Shown here one piece after another: positions 59,501-64,000 of a stretch of 64,000 bases of DNA (position 1 is its first letter; each line of letters begins with the position of its first letter). The position numbers and the translations under genes were made by a program. Source of the stretch: Candidatus Altimarinota bacterium (lineage in GTDB: Bacteria > Patescibacteriota > Gracilibacteria > UBA4473). The DNA lies in assembly GCA_965231215.1 (NCBI GenBank), contig OZ246423.1:1088001-1152000 (forward strand). The letters are read 5' to 3'. The notes under the pieces are model-generated. The model was not told the DNA's origin. It did no database searches and was given only the letters and a program-made list of their open reading frames with translations.

Positions 59501-60913
59501 TTACCCCACACTTCCTTCCATCTCTAACTCAATTAATCGGTTTAGTTCTCCCGCGTATTCAAGTGGGAGGGTTTTTACAATTTCATTAAGGAAGCCATTT
59601 ACAATCATGCCTTTAGCGGTTTCTTCATCAATCCCTCGGGATTGAAAGTAGAGGAGTACCTCATCCGAAATTTTTCCAGCACTGGCTTCATGGTTTACTT
59701 GGGCGGTGTCATTTTCACAATTAATAAGCGGGATGGTGTCAGAAATTGACCCCAAATTATCTAGCATTAACGCATCACATTCTACAGTTACTATGGCGTT
59801 ATGAGCCGTTTTTTTGATATCTAAGAGTCCCCGATAGATAGAAATGCCACCTCCTTTGGATAAACTTTTACTCACCACAGAAGCGCGGCAGTTTTTTCCG
59901 GTAATGGTGATTTTGGCTCCAGTGTCTTGATTCTGATCTTTGTTAGCAAAAGCCACTCCTAGATGTTCGGCCCGGGCATTATCTCCTACTATTATAGAGG
60001 CTGGGTACAGCATAGTGGTTCCAGAACCGAGATTGCCCCCAACCCATTCCATTTTGGCGTTGTCCTGGATGATAGCTCTTTTTGTATTAAGGTTGTAGGT
60101 GTCTTGAGACCAGTTTTCTACAGAAGAGTATCTCGCTCGTGCCCCTTTCCCTACAAAGACCTCAACCCCTCCAGCATGGAGTGAGTTTTCTCCAAATTTT
60201 GGAGCAGAGCACCCTTCAATGTATTCTACATCAGCACTGTCTTCCACTACGATGAGGGTGTGTTCAAACTGACCCCCATTTTTGGCATTCATCCGGAAGT
60301 AGGCTTGTAGTGGTTGATCCACTTTTACTCCAGCTGGAACGTACAAAAAAGTACCGCCAGAAAAGATCGCATAGTGAAGCGCACTAAACTTATGGTCATT
60401 TATAGGGATACATTTGGTGAAATATTTTTGAACCAGATCTGGGTATTTTTCAATTGCCTGGTCAAAGTCTTCAAAGATTACGCCTTTATCAACCCATTCA
60501 TCCTTGAGATTGTGGTAGACAGTTTCACTATCGTATTGAGCGCCTACTCCGGCAAGAACGGCTCGTTCAGCTTCGGGAATTTTAAGCCGCTCGAAGGTTT
60601 GTTTGATTGCCTCTGGAACATCATCCCAAGATTTTTGATTTTTTTCACTTTCTGGAGAGGTAAAGTAGCGAATCTCACTCAGATCCAAATGGGACAAATC
60701 GGGGCCCCAAGTAGGCATTGGCTGAGACTGGAATTTTTTAAACGCTTTAAGGCGAATATTCAGAACCCATTGAGGTTCGTTTTTTTCTTTAGAAATAAGG
60801 CGGATTAGATTTTCAGAAAGCCCTTTTTCATACTTAGTCACATAGGACTGATCATCCGCATGATCTAGATCTTCCCGGGTAATTTTGTCGAAAGCCACAC
60901 TACTATCTGACAT
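59501..60913 (-). CDS. sufB: Fe-S cluster assembly protein SufB
   Basis: GVGAQYDSE, GQFEHTLI, YIEGCSAP, HEAS, EGSVG end. Confidence 0.96.
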   Translation of the reverse strand: MSDSSVAFDKITREDLDHADDQSYVTKYEKGLSENLIRLISKEKNEPQWVLNIRLKAFKKFQSQPMPTWGPDLSHLDLSEIRYFTSPESEKNQKSWDDVPEAIKQTFERLKIPEAERAVLAGVGAQYDSETVYHNLKDEWVDKGVIFEDFDQAIEKYPDLVQKYFTKCIPINDHKFSALHYAIFSGGTFLYVPAGVKVDQPLQAYFRMNAKNGGQFEHTLIVVEDSADVEYIEGCSAPKFGENSLHAGGVEVFVGKGARARYSSVENWSQDTYNLNTKRAIIQDNAKMEWVGGNLGSGTTMLYPASIIVGDNARAEHLGVAFANKDQNQDTGAKITITGKNCRASVVSKSLSKGGGISIYRGLLDIKKTAHNAIVTVECDALMLDNLGSISDTIPLINCENDTAQVNHEASAGKISDEVLLYFQSRGIDEETAKGMIVNGFLNEIVKTLPLEYAGELNRLIELEMEGSVG

Positions 60914-61671
60914 TAGGCAATAACGTTGAGTCCTGTTTTCTGGGGGAGGTGAGCATCAAACCCCTGGCTCTGAATTTCTTCAACTAGTTCTTTGCCTCCA
61001 GATTTGAGAATTTGTCCTTTGCTAAATATATGTACATGAGTGGGTTCAATTTCGGCTAAGAGTTTATCAGAGTGGGTTACAAGAATCAGAGCTTTTGAGC
61101 TATCTTCTGTGAATTTTCGTAGCGCTTTCCCAATTTTCCTAATAGTATCAACGTCAATTCCAGAGTCGATTTCATCTAAGAAAGCGATCTGAGGATCGAG
61201 AGTGAGCAGAGAAGCCACTTCAATTTTTTTTCGTTCCCCGCCAGAGAACCCTAAGTTGGTTTCTCTGTCAGCAAATTCGGCGGGTAATCGGAGATTTTCT
61301 AGGGTTTGGACGAGTGATTTTTTAAATTTAAAACTCGACGAAAATGACTCGTCATGAGCTTTTTTAGAGGCAAAAAGAAAGTCTTTTACACTGACTCCAT
61401 CAATCTCTGGTGGAGCTTGAAAAGTAAAAAAGAACCCAGCTTGAGCTCTTTCACTTGGTTCAAGTTCTAAAAAATTGACCCCCTCAAAGGTAATATCCCC
61501 ATCGGTTACTTCATATTTTTCGTCCCCTAAAATGACCCTTCCAAGAGTGGATTTGCCACTCCCATTTGGGCCGAGTAAAACATGAGTTTCTCCAGCTTTA
61601 ACAGAGAGGTCGACTCCTCGGAGTATTTTTTGGTCTTCAAATTGGGCTTTTAAGCCTTTTATGATGAGCAT
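60913..61671 (-). CDS. sufC: Fe-S cluster assembly ATPase SufC
   Basis: GPNGSGKST, GFSGGERKK, LDEIDSG; TAATG overlap with sufB. Confidence 0.96.
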   Translation of the reverse strand: MLIIKGLKAQFEDQKILRGVDLSVKAGETHVLLGPNGSGKSTLGRVILGDEKYEVTDGDITFEGVNFLELEPSERAQAGFFFTFQAPPEIDGVSVKDFLFASKKAHDESFSSSFKFKKSLVQTLENLRLPAEFADRETNLGFSGGERKKIEVASLLTLDPQIAFLDEIDSGIDVDTIRKIGKALRKFTEDSSKALILVTHSDKLLAEIEPTHVHIFSKGQILKSGGKELVEEIQSQGFDAHLPQKTGLNVIA

Positions 61672-61797
61672 TTCGGTATACCTAAATTTAGTAGAATAGT
61701 TTTAGAGGTTTGCAGGTAAAAGTCAAAGTGATTTTTTATATAAATATATTTAATCCGAATGCTTGATAAAAATGTCAATTTGTTGTAAAATAGTGGG

Positions 61798-63321
61798 ATG
61801 TTTTTATGCAAAAACGTACAAAAAACTGTGTCTTTACTCATCTTGAATGCCTTTTTAGCCTATTCTGTAGAGGCAGCGGTAGTGTTTACAACCGAAGAAA
61901 ATGGAACCCATGATCAGACTTTTTACATTGATTCTGGTGATATATCTACAGACTTCATCGACCTTGAGTTTGGGACCTCTATAGATGCCAAGTTACGGTA
62001 TGATGTGGTGAATGATAAATTTGAGTTGAATCGAGACTTGGGCATAGGCGATCCCACCCCAGATCACACGCTGGATGTAGCCGGAAATATCGGCGTAGAT
62101 GCTGGAGGATACTTTAATCTAGGAGATACCGATGGAGCTGCAGGATATGGTCTGCGTGATAATAGTGGGACGCTTGAATTTAGAGCCAACCAAACCACCG
62201 CGACTTGGAGGCCTCTTGGTACGGCTTTGGTAGATGCTGATGAAGATACAATGGTACAGGTAGAAGAATCGGCTAATGAGAATATGATTCGGTTTGATAG
62301 TAATGGGCTTCAGCGAATGGTAATTGATAACACCGGAAACATTGATATTAAAAATAGTACTGGAGCTACAGATGTAATAGTCATCAATGAAGGGAAGGGG
62401 AGTTCAGCAACTGCCCCAGATTTTCAATTTGATACAGATGGTTTGCTTTCAGCTACTTCAAATATGGTTTTAAATATTGATTCAGATAACAATGAAACGG
62501 GAGCCAATTTTAGAGTTATGCATAATGCCAATAACACGACGACCGCCACAGAACTTTTGCGGTTAGATGAAGAGGGGGATTTAGGTTTAGGGGGGGAAAC
62601 GAACCCTCAGCATAGTTTAGATATTGCGGGAACTGGTACTCAGATTGAGATAGGGGATGGAACGGCCAATGATCATATCATTAACTTTGATGAGGGGATT
62701 GACAGAAATTTTGGATGGGATGATTCTGATAGTACACTCTCTACCTTTAATAACCTTTTAGCTTTTAGAACCTATCAAAGCGCCACCCCTCCAGCGACAT
62801 GTTCTGCGACGGTAGCTGGGGCTCAGTGGATGGATACCGACACGGGGATATTGTATATCTGTGATACGAGTAATGGTCGAAACAAATGGTTATCGGTAAA
62901 CGAGTTCAATATCTTTGGGGATGAATCAGGCACTTGCCCTGCCGGACAAGATGCAAATTCTAATGCAAACTGTAATGTGGATTGGGGGAATGGACTTGGG
63001 CCAGATGGAGCAACCGATTTAGGGATTTATATTCCTCACAACACAACGATTACTGGGTATGGCTTTAGTGCGGACAATGATGCGTGTACTTCAGGTTCTT
63101 TTGATGTAGAAGTTTGGGGAACAAATTCTAATACAGATGATAACAATTATTCATTACTTCAGACCGTAGCGGCCGGACTGAATGGGGAAACCCATAATGG
63201 GAATAACCTCAATTTGGATTTGGTAGGTGATCAATATCTGGTTTGGGGGATTGATAATAATTGTGGGCAAAGCATTGATGACTGGAATGTAATTCTTTAT
63301 TTCCGGTATCGTCATAACTAG
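61798..63321 (+). CDS. Secreted fibre/adhesin-like beta-rich protein
   Basis: Signal peptide; IDLEFG...LRYD; two LG(I/L)G...P.H.LD(V/I)AG repeats; Cys-containing C-terminal domain. Confidence 0.65.
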   Translation: MFLCKNVQKTVSLLILNAFLAYSVEAAVVFTTEENGTHDQTFYIDSGDISTDFIDLEFGTSIDAKLRYDVVNDKFELNRDLGIGDPTPDHTLDVAGNIGVDAGGYFNLGDTDGAAGYGLRDNSGTLEFRANQTTATWRPLGTALVDADEDTMVQVEESANENMIRFDSNGLQRMVIDNTGNIDIKNSTGATDVIVINEGKGSSATAPDFQFDTDGLLSATSNMVLNIDSDNNETGANFRVMHNANNTTTATELLRLDEEGDLGLGGETNPQHSLDIAGTGTQIEIGDGTANDHIINFDEGIDRNFGWDDSDSTLSTFNNLLAFRTYQSATPPATCSATVAGAQWMDTDTGILYICDTSNGRNKWLSVNEFNIFGDESGTCPAGQDANSNANCNVDWGNGLGPDGATDLGIYIPHNTTITGYGFSADNDACTSGSFDVEVWGTNSNTDDNNYSLLQTVAAGLNGETHNGNNLNLDLVGDQYLVWGIDNNCGQSIDDWNVILYFRYRHN

Positions 63322-63363
63322 AAAAGATGGCTAAAAAACACTATGCTGTAAAAAAACAAATAA

Positions 63364-64000
63364 ATGGGAATTATAAGTGATATTATTGGGCACAAAATAA
63401 AAGCTTGGTTGTACGAAGCTTTTGAGAACCATGAGTCGAGAACGGGAAGATGTGTAGGGTATTTTTTGATGGGGCTTATTGTTGCCTCTATTGGACTTTT
63501 TATTTATGAAAGTACTCCAGAGGGAGCCCAGTACGCAGAGACGTTCCATAAATTTGATATTATAGTGGTTTCGATCTTTGCGATAGAGTATTTAGTCCGT
63601 TTTTATCTAGCCAACCGTAAATGGAGGTTTGTGGTTTCCCCCTTAGCTTTAATAGATCTGTTTGTAATTTTGACGTTCTATATTTCCGTTTCTAATTTCC
63701 TCTTTTTGCGAAGTTTTAGAGTGCTTAAAATCCTACAATTGCTAAAAATCTTTCGATACTCGGACGTACTTTTGGATTTCTTTAAGTCGTTCAAAAACTA
63801 CCATAATGAATTTAAGATCTTTGGATCGACCTTAATTGTGGCTTTGGTTTTGAGTTCAAGTGGACTCTATTATTTAGAACGGTATGAAAATCCAGATATC
63901 AATTCTATTCCTGATGCTATTTGGTGGGCGACAGTGACGATTTCTACCGTAGGATACGGAGACATTGTGCCGGTTACTTGGGGAGGAAAGTTATTGGCTG
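63364..64000 (+). CDS. Voltage-gated K+ channel (6-TM), runs off the window
   Basis: FAIEYLVR, S4-like LRSFRVLK, pore WWATVTISTVGYGD; absent from the ORF track because it has no stop in the window. Confidence 0.92.
   Translation, partial: MGIISDIIGHKIKAWLYEAFENHESRTGRCVGYFLMGLIVASIGLFIYESTPEGAQYAETFHKFDIIVVSIFAIEYLVRFYLANRKWRFVVSPLALIDLFVILTFYISVSNFLFLRSFRVLKILQLLKIFRYSDVLLDFFKSFKNYHNEFKIFGSTLIVALVLSSSGLYYLERYENPDINSIPDAIWWATVTISTVGYGDIVPVTWGGKLLA

Noticed and set aside
63331-63549. 72-aa minus-strand ORF
   Set aside because: Antisense shadow of the K+ channel gene.

Overview
AT-rich bacterial chromosomal window read in the standard code 11 (dnaA, nusB and lspA end on TGA). The gene repertoire suggests a Patescibacteria/CPR genome of the code-11 Gracilibacteria/Peregrinibacteria type; this is an inference from paralogous TrmB-type regulators, SLH+CAP proteins, a fibre-like secreted protein and few Shine-Dalgarno sites. 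Housekeeping genes include rpsO-pnp, purA-dnaA, rpmE2, rpmF-nusB-rnc, lspA, rpsT, ssrA (tmRNA), rel, a class B PBP, sufCB(D), two mscS, an aquaporin and a K+ channel. The window also carries ilvC and leuA/C/D/B. Main observations: (1) an unannotated classical leucine attenuator (promoter, leader peptide MKNFSLLLLLTLEIRAV, antiterminator and terminator) upstream of leuA; (2) three RelA/SpoT-family genes (full Rel, stand-alone hydrolase, stand-alone synthetase) in two loci, each with a TrmB-type regulator and a large orphan enzyme (a 1054-aa PLP-fold protein or a methyltransferase); (3) a 20-bp palindromic element that starts right after stop codons, carries a possible promoter and marks both interruptions of the leu cluster; (4) purA abutting dnaA, with DnaA-box-like motifs upstream; (5) a tmRNA with a 27-aa tag; (6) unannotated mtnN-like and GIY-YIG pseudogenes. 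No CRISPR array, rRNA, tRNA, transposase or integrase was seen. All family calls are by eye, with no database searches.
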